Shown here piece after piece: positions 20,099-30,684 of a stretch of 64,000 nucleotides of DNA. The position numbers and the translations under genes are program-made. Each line of letters starts with the position of its first letter. The first letter of the stretch is position 1. Source of the stretch: Longimicrobiales bacterium (GTDB lineage Bacteria > Gemmatimonadota > Gemmatimonadetes > Longimicrobiales > Gaopeijiaceae). Below the pieces are notes generated by a model that worked only from the letters and a program-made list of their open reading frames with translations, made no database searches and was not told where the DNA came from. The stretch spans positions 384,001 through 448,000 of the forward strand of contig CBDCKN010000013.1 of the NCBI GenBank assembly GCA_965218295.1, given 5' to 3'.

Positions 20099-21010
20099 AT
20101 GATCATCGACCTGATTCTACGAGTCGCGCAGAGGGCCGGCATTCCTTTTCGTCCGATGATCCTATGCTACCATCAGATAGATCGAGATGTTCTCGACTCC
20201 CATGTGCGTCTTCTTCGCCGTGCATTCCGCTGTGTGCGTGTAGACGAGATCACTGTCAATCACCGGAACGTCATCGCCTTCACGATGGATGACTGTCGCG
20301 CGGCAGACGTAGAAATCTGGGATCGGATCACACGGGATCACGACTTCCCCGCTACAATTTTCGTCCCCATCCGCTACCACCTCGACGGTTCTGCCCTGTG
20401 GTCGGACAAGTTGCGGGCGCTCATCAAGGCGAAGGAAGAACTCACTTGGGAGGGTCAGCGCTACTCCCTGCGATCTTCTGAGGAGCGTGCCATCTGCTTC
20501 GAAGCAGTGAAAACGGCCATTTTCCGTGGGGCAGAGAACACAACGGAGGTCGAGTCACGTCTCGACGTGCTTTTGGAACGACATGGAATCACGCTCGATC
20601 CCGGGACCTACGTCATGCGGCCAGAACGCATGCACCGCATTCTCGAGAATCCAAGGTTGTCAGTGGCGAGTCACTCGATGACGCACCCGTTCCTGGCGAA
20701 GAGCTCCGAGACGGAAATCGACAAAGAGCTCTCTGCTTCAGCGGAGTCCCTCCGCGAGCGTTACGGATCCTCAGTCGTCGACGTCTTCTGCTTCCCGTAC
20801 GGCACCATGGAGCTTATCGGATCGGTCGCGCTCGGGAAGGCCGCACGGCACTACCGGGGGTCCGTTCTCCTCGATGAGTCCGCCGTGCATCGCGCCCCCC
20901 AAGCCATGGGACGCATCGGCTTATACAACAAGGACACGCCCCTACGCCTGTTTCTGAAGATCCTCCGAGCCCAGGCCCTCGCGGTGCGGAAGGCTAACGG
21001 CCACTCCTGA
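20099..21010 (+). CDS. polysaccharide deacetylase (NodB-like)
   Basis: ILCYHQI, FTMDD, ASHSMTHP, FCFPYG. Confidence 0.8.
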   Translation: MIIDLILRVAQRAGIPFRPMILCYHQIDRDVLDSHVRLLRRAFRCVRVDEITVNHRNVIAFTMDDCRAADVEIWDRITRDHDFPATIFVPIRYHLDGSALWSDKLRALIKAKEELTWEGQRYSLRSSEERAICFEAVKTAIFRGAENTTEVESRLDVLLERHGITLDPGTYVMRPERMHRILENPRLSVASHSMTHPFLAKSSETEIDKELSASAESLRERYGSSVVDVFCFPYGTMELIGSVALGKAARHYRGSVLLDESAVHRAPQAMGRIGLYNKDTPLRLFLKILRAQALAVRKANGHS

Positions 21011-21263
21011 CTCGGCCCACCGCTCCCATCACCCGGTACAGCACTCGCACCACCCACCGCGCATAGCAGCTCGCGCTCCCACCGGGGACATCTGGTTTTG
21101 GGCGTGAACTGTAGATGTGAGCATGTGTTAGCGGCGGCCCAAACTACACAAAAGTGGCGGACGAAAGCGTCGCACTGGTTGGTTTGATGGACGACAATAT
21201 CATGAGTTAAAGACCAAGTCCGCCAGAGCGATAGGGTGCGGTTTGGCTCACGCGACTTCAAGG

Positions 21264-21992
21264 TCACGGGTCGTCTGTGACAAACCAGAGACGACGCCAC
21301 CGTTCTTCCTCGCGGTCTGGAATGCGGCAGAACAGATCGATTGCTTTCTTATCGGTACGAATATCGACCGGCGCCAGATCCGGATCAGTAAGTCGATGCA
21401 CCTGTAACGTGTTGCGTTGTGCGGCGTATACCCAATAGCCTTTCGACGACAAAAGCTCGAACATTTCGGCGAAGGTGACGCCGTGGTCCAGCGTGAACAT
21501 CGACGCCTCAGCAATTATGGCCGGCCGAAATCTCGCGATAGTCTCGGAGCCGCCGTTGATAATGGCGGGCTCCGGACCATCTACATCGATTCTTGATGAG
21601 ATCTAGCCGCTTGATTCGATTGGCGCGGACGTAAGCGTCGATGGTCGTGGTTTGGCTGGTGTAAGCGACTTCCTTCTCTCCGTGGAAGTAGGCGTCAATG
21701 GCGTGTCGCGGGCCCGCTGCGCCCCCAACCTCGACCGACCTCAACATGAATGATCCCCAGGAACCCACAGGGCGAACAAAAGTGGCCTCCCCGCACCTGT
21801 CGGAAAGAGCGACATTGTTGGTGACGACATTTTTCAGGGTATTACGTTCAATCGTGCGTCGGAGATGCGCATAGCTGCCGGCGTCTACTTCGAACGCGTG
21901 AACAGCGCCCGGGTCCTGAACGACCTTCGCGGCGATCGCGGTCAAGACGCCTATGCTTGCCCCGATATCGTACACAACATCACCAGGGCGGT
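21264..21992 (-). pseudogene. FkbM methyltransferase, 5'-truncated and frameshifted near 21590
   Basis: PGDVVYDIGASIG, VHAFE, NVALSD, TIDAY, LIK|IDVDGPE. Confidence 0.8.
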
Positions 21993-22257
21993 GCTCAACC
22001 TTTCGCGAGCCCTGGTAAAGCTGGCGCTTCTGGTGGCAATCTCGCTGCCGCTCGCGCTCACTCTATTGGTTGCGGTTCCGCTCATTCAGTTCCTGCTTAG
22101 AGGCTTCAACGTCCACGGAACCTGTCAACGCCAGTGAGACACTCTTGGAAATCAATTAGAGAGCAATCTCCTGTGTAGTGAGGGATGGGGTGGGAGGATT
22201 GATCCAGACGGCCTCCGCGGAACCTGTCAACGCCAGTGAGACACTCTTGGAAATCAA

Positions 22258-23265
22258 TTAGAGAGCAATCTCCTGTGTAGTGAGGGATGGGGTGGGAGGA
22301 TTGATCCAGACGGCCTCCGGGAGTGGTTTAGGCTTCGGCTCACCGGAGACGAAGCGCTCGGGATGAGCGGCCCATGCCTCACGGAGCACGGCCTTCCTGC
22401 AGGCGATGATCCGATCGGCGTGACCGAAGTGGACCTGTTCGGGGGTCAGCATCGAGATGCCGCCATGGCGGTGCTCGGCATTATACCAACGGAAGAACGA
22501 GCGACAGAAGGTCTTGGCTTGCCCCTGATCCCCGAACCGGCCGGGAAACGAGGGATGGTACTTCAAGGTCTTGAACTGAGCCTCGGAGAACGGATTGTCA
22601 TCCGAGACCTGGGGTCGGCCCAACGAGCGGGTCACGCCGAGATCGGCGAGTAGTTGAGCCGTGCATTGGCTCGTCATCGGAGCCCCTCGATCGGAATGCA
22701 GGGTCAGGAGGTGGGGCTGGACGCCATGCTTCAAGCAACTCTGCTGGATCAGCCGGCTGGCCAGGGCAGAGTTCTCCCGATCCGCCACCATCCATCCCAC
22801 GACGTAGCGGCTGAAGATGTCCAGGATCACGTAGAGGTAGAAGTAACTCCACTTCTTCGGCCCCAGCAGCCGGGTGATATCCCAGGACCAGACCTGGTTC
22901 GGGCCCCTCGCCATCAACTCGGGCTTCTGGTATTTGGGATGACTCCGCTGCGCTCGACGCTCCTGAACCGGCACCTGGGAAGCCAGAACGCGATACATCG
23001 TACGCTCGCTGCACAGGTAGACGTCCTCGTCGAGCAGCGTCGCCACCACCTCGGCTGGGGACCGGTCCACGAACCGCTCCGAACACAGCGTGTCGAAGAC
23101 CTTGTCTCGTTCCTTCTCGCTTAAGGCCCGGGCGGGGGTCGGGCGGGGCTGCTGATGCCCGGTCGATGCACTCCGACGACGGTAGAACGTGGCTCGCGGC
23201 ACCCTGAGCGCATCGCACGCGGGCTTCACCCCTACGTGCTTGGCTAGCTCCTGGGTCGCCTTCAT
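22258..23265 (-). CDS. IS3 transposase OrfB (DDE)
   Basis: PNQVWSWDIT, LDIFSRYVVGW, HSDRG, DNPFSEAQFKTLK. Confidence 0.92.
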   Translation of the reverse strand: MKATQELAKHVGVKPACDALRVPRATFYRRRSASTGHQQPRPTPARALSEKERDKVFDTLCSERFVDRSPAEVVATLLDEDVYLCSERTMYRVLASQVPVQERRAQRSHPKYQKPELMARGPNQVWSWDITRLLGPKKWSYFYLYVILDIFSRYVVGWMVADRENSALASRLIQQSCLKHGVQPHLLTLHSDRGAPMTSQCTAQLLADLGVTRSLGRPQVSDDNPFSEAQFKTLKYHPSFPGRFGDQGQAKTFCRSFFRWYNAEHRHGGISMLTPEQVHFGHADRIIACRKAVLREAWAAHPERFVSGEPKPKPLPEAVWINPPTPSLTTQEIAL

Positions 23266-23711
23266 GAGTTCGTCCCGTCCTCGAGGCTCAATCCCAGCAG
23301 CCCTGCAACTTTTCCCTGGACGTCGATGATCAAGTGCGCCTTCTGGAGCTCCTTCTCGAGGCGAGTGTTCTCGCGCTCCAGCTTGCGCACCTTCTCCTCC
23401 AGCGGATTGCGCTCGCGCTTACGGCCTCGTTTCTTCGACAGCGCTTTCAGGGACCCGCTATGCGCCGCCTTGCGCCATGTCGTCAGGTGCGACGAGTACA
23501 AGCCCTCCCGCCGTAGGAGTCGGCCAACCTCTCCGGGCTCCGTGCACCGGTCCGCTTCTTCGACGATCCGCAGCTTGTACGACGGAGCGAACCGCCGGCG
23601 CAGCGGCCTATCTACCACCTCCGAGTCCGCAGGAGCTGCCGCGCTTCGCTTACCGTCCCAGGTTGGTGGGGCTATTCCATTCTCTTTCATTCTCTCTCGG
23701 TGTCTCAGCAT
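23262..23711 (-). CDS. IS3 transposase OrfA (HTH)
   Basis: RRRFAPSYKLRIVEEAD...LLRREGLYSSHLTTWR; ATGA overlap with orfB. Confidence 0.9.
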   Translation of the reverse strand: MLRHRERMKENGIAPPTWDGKRSAAAPADSEVVDRPLRRRFAPSYKLRIVEEADRCTEPGEVGRLLRREGLYSSHLTTWRKAAHSGSLKALSKKRGRKRERNPLEEKVRKLERENTRLEKELQKAHLIIDVQGKVAGLLGLSLEDGTNS

Positions 23712-23787
23712 CCTCGGTTTCTCTGCCTTCGCCCTACTCTAATTCCTTAGCTGCTCCGTGTCTCACGTAAGTTGGCAGAGAGGGCCG

Positions 23788-24733
23788 GGAGTGGTTTAGG
23801 CTTCGGCTCACCGGAGACGAAGCGCTCGGGATGAGCGGCCCATGCCTCACGGAGCACGGCCTTCCTGCAGGCGATGATCCGATCGGCGTGACCGAAGTGG
23901 ACCTGTTCGGGGGTCAGCATCGAGATGCCGCCATGGCGGTGCTCGGCATTATACCAACGGAAGAACGAGCGACAGAAGGTCTTGGCTTGCCCCTGATCCC
24001 CGAACCGGCCGGGAAACGAGGGATGGTACTTCAAGGTCTTGAACTGAGCCTCGGAGAACGGATTGTCATCCGAGACCTGGGGTCGGCCCAACGAGCGGGT
24101 CACGCCGAGATCGGCGAGTAGTTGAGCCGTGCATTGGCTCGTCATCGGAGCCCCTCGATCGGAATGCAGGGTCAGGAGGTGGGGCTGGACGCCATGCTTC
24201 AAGCAACTCTGCTGGATCAGCCGGCTGGCCAGGGCAGAGTTCTCCCGATCCGCCACCATCCATCCCACGACGTAGCGGCTGAAGATGTCCAGGATCACGT
24301 AGAGGTAGAAGTAACTCCACTTCTTCGGCCCCAGCAGCCGGGTGATATCCCAGGACCAGACCTGGTTCGGGCCCCTCACCATCAACTCGGGCTTCTGGTA
24401 TTTGGGATGACTCCGCTGCGCTCGACGCTCCTGAACCGGCACCTGGGAAGCCAGAACGCGATACATCGTACGCTCGCTGCACAGGTAGACGTCCTCGTCG
24501 AGCAGCGTCGCCACCACCTCGGCTGGGGACCGGTCCACGAACCGCTCCGAACACAGGGTGTCGAAAATCTTGTCCCGCTCCCTCTCACTTAAGGCCCGGG
24601 CGGGGGTCGGGCGGGGCTGCTGATGCCCGGTCGATGCACTCCGACGACGGTAGAACGTGGCTCGCGGCACCCTGAGCGCATCGCACGCGGGCTTCACCCC
24701 TACGTGCTTGGCTAGCTCCTGGGTCGCCTTCAT
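23788..24733 (-). pseudogene. IS3 OrfB of outer copy, C-terminus cut off by inner copy
   Basis: Near-identical to 22258-23265 up to KPKPLP. Confidence 0.88.
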
Positions 24734-25179
24734 GAGTTCGTCCCGTCCTCGAGGCTCAATCCCAGCAGCCCTGCAACTTTTCCCTGGACGTCGATGATCA
24801 AGTGCGCCTTCTGGAGCTCCTTCTCGAGGCGAGTGTTCTCGCGCTCCAGCTTGCGCACCTTCTCCTCCAGCGGATTGCGCTCGCGCTTACGGCCTCGTTT
24901 CTTCGACAGCGCTTTCAGGGACCCGCTATGCGCCGCCTTGCGCCATGTCGTCAGGTGCGACGAGTACAAGCCCTCCCGCCGTAGGAGTCGGCCAACCTCT
25001 CCGGGCTCCGTGCACCGGTCCGCTTCTTCGACGATCCGCAGCTTGTACGACGGAGCGAACCGCCGGCGCAGCGGCCTATCTACCACCTCCGAGTCCGCAG
25101 GAGCTGCCGCGCTTCGCTTACCGTCCCAGGTTGGTGGGGCTATTCCATTCTCTTTCATTCTCTCTCGGTGTCTCAGCAT
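24730..25179 (-). CDS. IS3 transposase OrfA
   Basis: Identical translation to 23262-23711. Confidence 0.9.
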   Translation of the reverse strand: MLRHRERMKENGIAPPTWDGKRSAAAPADSEVVDRPLRRRFAPSYKLRIVEEADRCTEPGEVGRLLRREGLYSSHLTTWRKAAHSGSLKALSKKRGRKRERNPLEEKVRKLERENTRLEKELQKAHLIIDVQGKVAGLLGLSLEDGTNS

Positions 25180-26467
25180 CCTCGGTTTCTCTGCCTTCGC
25201 CCTACTCTAATTCCTTAGCTGCTCCGTGTCTCACGTAAGTTGGCAGAGAGGGCCACGCCTCTCAGATAGCATCCGAAGCGGCCGACGTGGAGAAGCGCAT
25301 GCGCACCGAGGTGCTCGACTTGCTGGGGACGATCCCGTTGGTCAAGGGATTTTCCCAGGAGCAACGAGCTGCGGACTCATTTGCCGTTATCGCCGAAGAA
25401 GCGCGTGGGATCGAGGTGCGCCGGCACCGATTGTCACACTTGAAGAATCCGGTGGAGGAAGGGGTCATTCTGACCGCCGTCCTGATCGTCGAGGGCTTCC
25501 TTCTCTGGTGGGCCGATAGCTTCCAGCCCGGCGAACTCGTGCGCCTCGGAGCCTTCTTGCTCGTGGCCCAGCAGTCGATGCCCGACTATCTGGCCATCAG
25601 CAATTTCAGGCTCAAAATGTCGGAGCAGGTGCCGCTGCTCGATGCGTTGGCCGATCTGTATTCGGACGAGGGAAAGCACATCGTGCCCTCGGGCGACCGG
25701 TGCTTCGAGGGACTTCGGGAGGGGATAGACATCCGCGGCCTGAGCTTCTCCTATCAGCCTGCAATACAGGTGCTGCAGGACATCCACTGCTCGATTCCGT
25801 CCGGCTGCACGGTCGGGCTGGTAGGGGAGAGCGGAGCCGGAAAGACAACGCTGGCTCACTTGATCACCCGGTTCTACGACTGTCCTCCAGGGACGCTCTT
25901 CCTGGACGGCGTGGACATTCGAGAGTTCTCTCTGCCATCCCTACACGACAAGCTCTCGTTGGTGAGCCAGCAAGCCTTGCTCCTGAACCGTTCGATTCGA
26001 CTCAACCTCACTTTCGGGTTGGAGAGCAAGCCGGGGGAAGAGAGCCTGTTGCGCGCGCTGGACGACGTGGAGCTCGGCAATCTCGTCCGGCAGCTCCCCG
26101 ACGGAGTCGATACGCGAATCGGCGAGCGTGGAGTACAGCTCTCCGGAGGACAGAGACAGAGGCTCGCGTTGGCTCGTAGCCTGCTTCGCGACCCCGAGAT
26201 CCTGATTCTGGACGAGGCTACAGCTTCGCTCGACAGCCTGCTCGAGCAGAAGATCGAAGCGACCGTTGAACGTCGCTCCTCGGGGCGCACGCTCATCGTC
26301 ATCGCCCACCGTCTGTCCACTATCCGCAACGCTGACCAAATCCTCGTAATGAGCGCTGGGCGGATCGTCGAACGTGGGACTTGGGATGAGTTGGTGAGCA
26401 ACCGGGGGCACTTCGAGACACTGTACCGCGCCCAGTTCGAGCGTGAGTCTGCGGCCGCAGGCGCCCC

Positions 26468-27367
26468 TCAATAGGGCCGCAGGGCACGCAGCCTGAAGAG
26501 ACGGGCAAGCGGCAGGAGGGGATGAGTGATCCGCTCCAATATCTGTCCCCGCGCCGCCCGGCGGTTCCTCCAGGTCCAGTGTTCACACGTCGCAGGGAGG
26601 CCGGCCTCCCTGCGACGACGCAGGGCCTCGCCAAGCAGGTGCTCGAGGGCGGCGGTCCCGACTGGAGCAAGGAAATGGCAAACGGGCCTGTCGAGGGCCT
26701 CCGGAGTCAGCTGCTTCAATTCCTCGCCCCAATACATGGGACCGGGTTCGGGGAACGTGCTTAGCCCGCGCCTCCCTCCCACCAAGCCAAGCGCGATTTC
26801 GTCCCCGATGAAGCCGCCTCGAAGGTCCGTGAGGAGCTCCCGATATTGCTCAAGGCATTCGTCCATGAGGGGGATTCCGGCGCGTCTGTCAAAGTAAAAT
26901 ACGCCACTGTTGCACTTGAGATATCGTGTCGCCGCGAACTGGGTCATCAGGCGTTGAGTCGAGAAGCCGTGATGGGTTCGGTCATCGTCCGGGCCCAGGA
27001 TTTCCCCCACTAGGGCCAAGTCCACTCCATCGAGATCGCGCCAGAACCGCTGTAAACTGCCGACGACGAGGCAGTCGGCATCAATGTACAGGGCCCGACG
27101 AAACGAACTGGCCTCCACTACCCCATACTTTAAGGCGCGGCCGAGATGGAATCGCGGCGGAACTTGAGTAATGCACGAGAACACGGCGCCATACTCGAGA
27201 TTCGCGATCTTCGCCAGTTCCGGGTCGGCCACGAGCGCCACCGGAAGCTGATTGTGGACGCGGCATGACAGGGCCATGTCCGCCGCCATCTCCAAGTATC
27301 GGCGATGTCCGACAGCGAGGGTGACGACTCCAAGATCCTCGTCTAGCACGGTCGTCAACTGTGACAA
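26468..27367 (-). CDS. putative GT-A fold glycosyltransferase
   Basis: ALYIDADCLV (DxD), NSGVFYFD, GDEIAL. Confidence 0.6.
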   Translation of the reverse strand: MSQLTTVLDEDLGVVTLAVGHRRYLEMAADMALSCRVHNQLPVALVADPELAKIANLEYGAVFSCITQVPPRFHLGRALKYGVVEASSFRRALYIDADCLVVGSLQRFWRDLDGVDLALVGEILGPDDDRTHHGFSTQRLMTQFAATRYLKCNSGVFYFDRRAGIPLMDECLEQYRELLTDLRGGFIGDEIALGLVGGRRGLSTFPEPGPMYWGEELKQLTPEALDRPVCHFLAPVGTAALEHLLGEALRRRREAGLPATCEHWTWRNRRAARGQILERITHPLLPLARLFRLRALRPY

Positions 27368-27649
27368 GGGGCGCTTCCAACGCTCTCGGACGAGGTTTCG
27401 GGACGGGGCGGTTCCAGGCTAAGGTAGCATGACGCGCTAGTTGTCGTCGAGCGTCGGCACACCGAGCCGCGGATTTCATGTCGCGAAAGAACCCACTACC
27501 GTCAGCCCGACCGCCGTGACGGGCAGGGGGTCGGGCGGGACCGCGAGGCAGCCTCGCCGTTACTGGTTGCCAGGTCGCTCGCAGCGACGGGTGGGCGGCG
27601 GCTCCCGCTGAGCTGGGGCCTGGCGCTCAGTTGCCGGATCGGCCTTTCG

Positions 27650-28658
27650 TCATCCGCGGTACGCCCCGCTGGCGATGCGCTCGAGCCATGTCTGGTTCCG
27701 GCCGTACCACGAGATCGTCTCCGCCAGACCCTCCTCGAAGTCCACCGTCGGCCCCCATCCCAGCTCTTCTTTCGCCTTTGACGAATCCACGGCGTAGCGC
27801 CGGTCGTGGCCCAGGCGATCCTCCACGAAGGTGATCAGCGCCGGGTCGGCCCCGGTCTGCTCTATGATGGACTCGACCACCTGGAGATTGGTCCGCTCCG
27901 CGTCTCCGCCGAAGTTGTAGACCTCGCCGGAACGTCCCTTGCGGAGCGCGAGGTCCAGGCCCCGCCAGTGATCCCCCACCTGGATCCAGTCCCGGACGTG
28001 CAGCCCGTCGCCGTACACCGGAAGAGGCTCGCCCTTCATGGCGTTGGAGACCATGAGGGGAATCAGCTTCTCGGGAAACTGATACGGTCCGTAGTTGTTC
28101 GAACAACGGGTGACCACCACGTCCAAGCCGTGGGTGCGGTGGTACGCCAACGCCAGCATGTCGCCGGCGGCCTTCGTGGCCGAATACGGGGAGCGAGGGG
28201 CCAGCGGCGTCGTCTCCGTGAACCGGGGCGAAGGCCGGATCGGGCTCAGACGGGTCCTGCCAGGGAAGCTCTCCGTAGACCTCGTCGGTGGAGACCTGCA
28301 CGAACCGTGGCGGACCCGAGGCGGCCAGGGCCGCGCTGAGCAGCGTGTGCGTTCCCGTAACGTTGGTTCGGACGAAGGGTGCGTCGTGCTCGATGGAGCG
28401 GTCCACGTGGGATTCGGCGGCCAGGTTCAGGACGGCGTCTACGTCACCGACAAGCTCGCCCACGAGGCCCGCGTCGCAGATGTCACCGTGGACGAACCGG
28501 TAGCGCGGATCCTCGTCCACGCCCTTCAGGTTGTCCAGATTCCCGGCGTACGTGAGGAGATCGAGGTTGATCACCTCCATGTCCGAGCGCTCCTCGAGGA
28601 GATAACGGATGAGGTTGGAGCCGATGAAGCCCGCTCCACCGGTGACGAGCAGTCTCAC
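27650..28658 (-). pseudogene. rmlB: dTDP-glucose 4,6-dehydratase, frameshift near 28226
   Basis: TGGAGFIGS, LTYAGN, AAESHVDRSI, STDEVYG; then PYSATKAA, SNNYGPYQFPEKLIP in another frame. Confidence 0.88.
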
Positions 28659-29429
28659 GGATCCGTCGACCGCCGGCCGGGAGAGGGGACCTCGGGAAGG
28701 TGTAGGACGGGTTCGTCCGCGGTGTCCGCGACGAGTCGTGTGGCGCGATACAGAGATCGGACGGTCCCAGCGTCCGTCCAACCCGTCCACGACGTGGTGG
28801 CGCAGGGCTCCCCACTCCACGTAGCGGTTGTTCACGTCGGTGATCTCCAGCTCTCCACGGTCCGAGGGCGAGAGTCCCTGCACGATCTCGAAGACGCGCC
28901 GATCGTAGAAGTAGCAGCCGGTGACCGCGAAGTTACTCCGCGGCTCTGAGGGCTTCTCTTCGATCCCCACGACCCGATCCCCGTCGAGCTCCGCCACGCC
29001 GAATCGGACCGGATCGTCCACCTCCTTGAGGAGCACCATGGCTCCATCGGGGTCGGCCCGGTACGCGTCGACGGCCGGCCGTATCGGCGAGCCGAAGACG
29101 TTGTCTCCGAGGATGACGCATACGGGCCCGTCTTCCGCGAAATCCTCCGCCAGGCCTAGAGCCTCCGCGATCCCCCCCTCCCCTTCCTGGTAAGTGTAGT
29201 TCAGGTGCTTGAGGCCGAAGTCCCTGCCGTTGCCGAGCAGCTGTAGGAAGTCCCCGGCGCTGTTTCCGCCGGTCACGATCAGGATCTCGTCGATCCCCGC
29301 GTGCACGAGCTGCTGGATGGGGAAGTAGATCATGGGCCGGTCGAAGACCGGAAGAAGGTGCTTGTTGGTGACCCGCGTCATGGGCTGCAGACGGCTGCCG
29401 AGGCCTCCGGCGAGGACGACGCCCTTCAT
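28655..29429 (-). pseudogene. rmlA: glucose-1-phosphate thymidylyltransferase, frameshift near 28780
   Basis: LAGGLGSRL, NKHLLPV, LGDN, EEKP, RGELEITD; WTDAGT motif lies in another frame, producing a false fusion with rmlB. Confidence 0.85.
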
Positions 29430-29889
29430 CGGAGCTCCCCTTTCATGGGGTTCTCGCGGCGATCCATCCCAGGCGCGTCGTATGGGCCGTTCCCTGTCAT
29501 CGCAACTCTTCCAGGTAGCTCGTCAGGGACTCGCGCCAGGCCGGCATGGATCGCCCTAGGAGACGCTCGTCCTCCGTGCAGTCGAGCACGGAATAGGGGA
29601 CGAGGTGCGGGAGCACCTAGGATCGAATCTGCCATTGCGTCTCGCTTCCAGGGTCAGGGTCCTGCGGCGCTAATGTACCCTTCCTTCTCCAGGTGGAGAA
29701 AGACCTGGTGGCCACCTCCGATTCCGGTTCTGGCTCTGAACACCTCCACGCATGTAACGCGCAGGAGTACGAACGCGAGCTCGATGACTACGTGGCATTC
29801 CTCGCCACCTTCCCATGCCGCTATTCAACCGCCCGGGCCATGCTCGCACCGTTCGTGAGCGTCAACCCGACCCTGGCTCGACCACATCT

Positions 29890-30148
29890 ATGCCTGAAGT
29901 ATCACGGTTCCTCGGCATCGTCGTCGGAATGTTCTACAATGAGCATGGGGCCCCACACTTCCACGCCGTGTACGGGGAACACGAGATCTCCGTCGAGGTA
30001 GAATCCACAGCCGTCCATGGATATTTCCCGCCGAGAGCGAGGCGACACGTTCTCGAGTGGGCTGAACTCCACAAGGCGGAGCTCCTGGAGGACTGGGACC
30101 TGGCCCGGAAGGGGCGAGCCCCTCAAGCGAATCGCGCCCCTCGAGTGA
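29890..30148 (+). CDS. DUF4160 family putative toxin (extra G near 30112)
   Basis: MPEVSRFLGIVVGMFYNEHGAPHFHAVY...VLEWAELH...GEPLKRIAPLE*. Confidence 0.8.
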
Positions 30149-30152
30149 TCAC

Positions 30153-30398
30153 ATGGATTACCACATATTGGAAGCGCACTACGTTGGAGGACATGTCGTG
30201 TGGCTTCGATTCCGGGATGGCACGACCGGGGAAATCGACCTTGCCCCGGTGCTGAACGGGCCTGTGTTCGAGCCGCTTCGTGACCCACGATACTTCCGGG
30301 CTTTTTCGGTTCATCCGGAGTTCCACACCCTCGTCTGGCCGAACGGGGCGGATCTCGCACCTGAGTTCCTCCGCGACAACATCCGGGTCACCGCCTGA
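30153..30398 (+). CDS. DUF2442 family putative antitoxin
   Basis: WLRFRDGTTGEIDL...GPVFEPL...TLVWPNGADLAPEFL. Confidence 0.85.
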   Translation: MDYHILEAHYVGGHVVWLRFRDGTTGEIDLAPVLNGPVFEPLRDPRYFRAFSVHPEFHTLVWPNGADLAPEFLRDNIRVTA

Positions 30399-30684
30399 CG
30401 CCAGCCGGCGGCGGCCCGGAGGGCCTGGTGGATTCGGGTGAGATTGGCGGTTGCGGTTCGTTAGGCGATCGACACACGCCGTTGCGACACCTCACTGAGA
30501 CCAGCCAGAAGAACCGGAACTGGCATGACCGGAACCTCTTCAGAGGGCTCGAAGACGGACTGGGATGCCACAATCCCTTGGCCGAATGCCCTCTGGATCG
30601 CCAGCCGTGCATGCCCGATTCTGGCGCCGTTATCTCCCTTCACCTCGACCGGCACACGTCCACCCAGAGAACGTCAGACACCCG

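Larger units (their letters stand above)
22218..23784 (-). mobile_element. IS3-family element (inner complete copy, 1567 bp)
   Basis: 3-bp TSD CCG at 22215 and 23785; orfA+orfB. Confidence 0.93.
22116..25252 (-). mobile_element. IS3-family element (outer copy, 1567 bp) interrupted by a second copy
   Basis: Segments 22116-22217 + 23788-25252; 3-bp TSD CCA at 22113 and 25253. Confidence 0.92.
21988..26474 (+). pseudogene. ABC transporter (MsbA-like permease+ATPase), 5'-truncated and split by nested IS3
   Basis: TM fragment LALLVAISLPLALTLL...GFNV|HASQIASEAAD rejoins in frame at 25256; GESGAGKT, LSGGQRQR, ILDEAT, IAHRLST. Confidence 0.82.

Noticed and set aside
27627..29429. 600-aa RmlA-RmlB fusion ORF
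   Set aside because: Explained by two frameshifts; the RmlA C-terminal motif and RmlB catalytic half lie in other frames, and a GTGA stop/start overlap exists at 28655-28658
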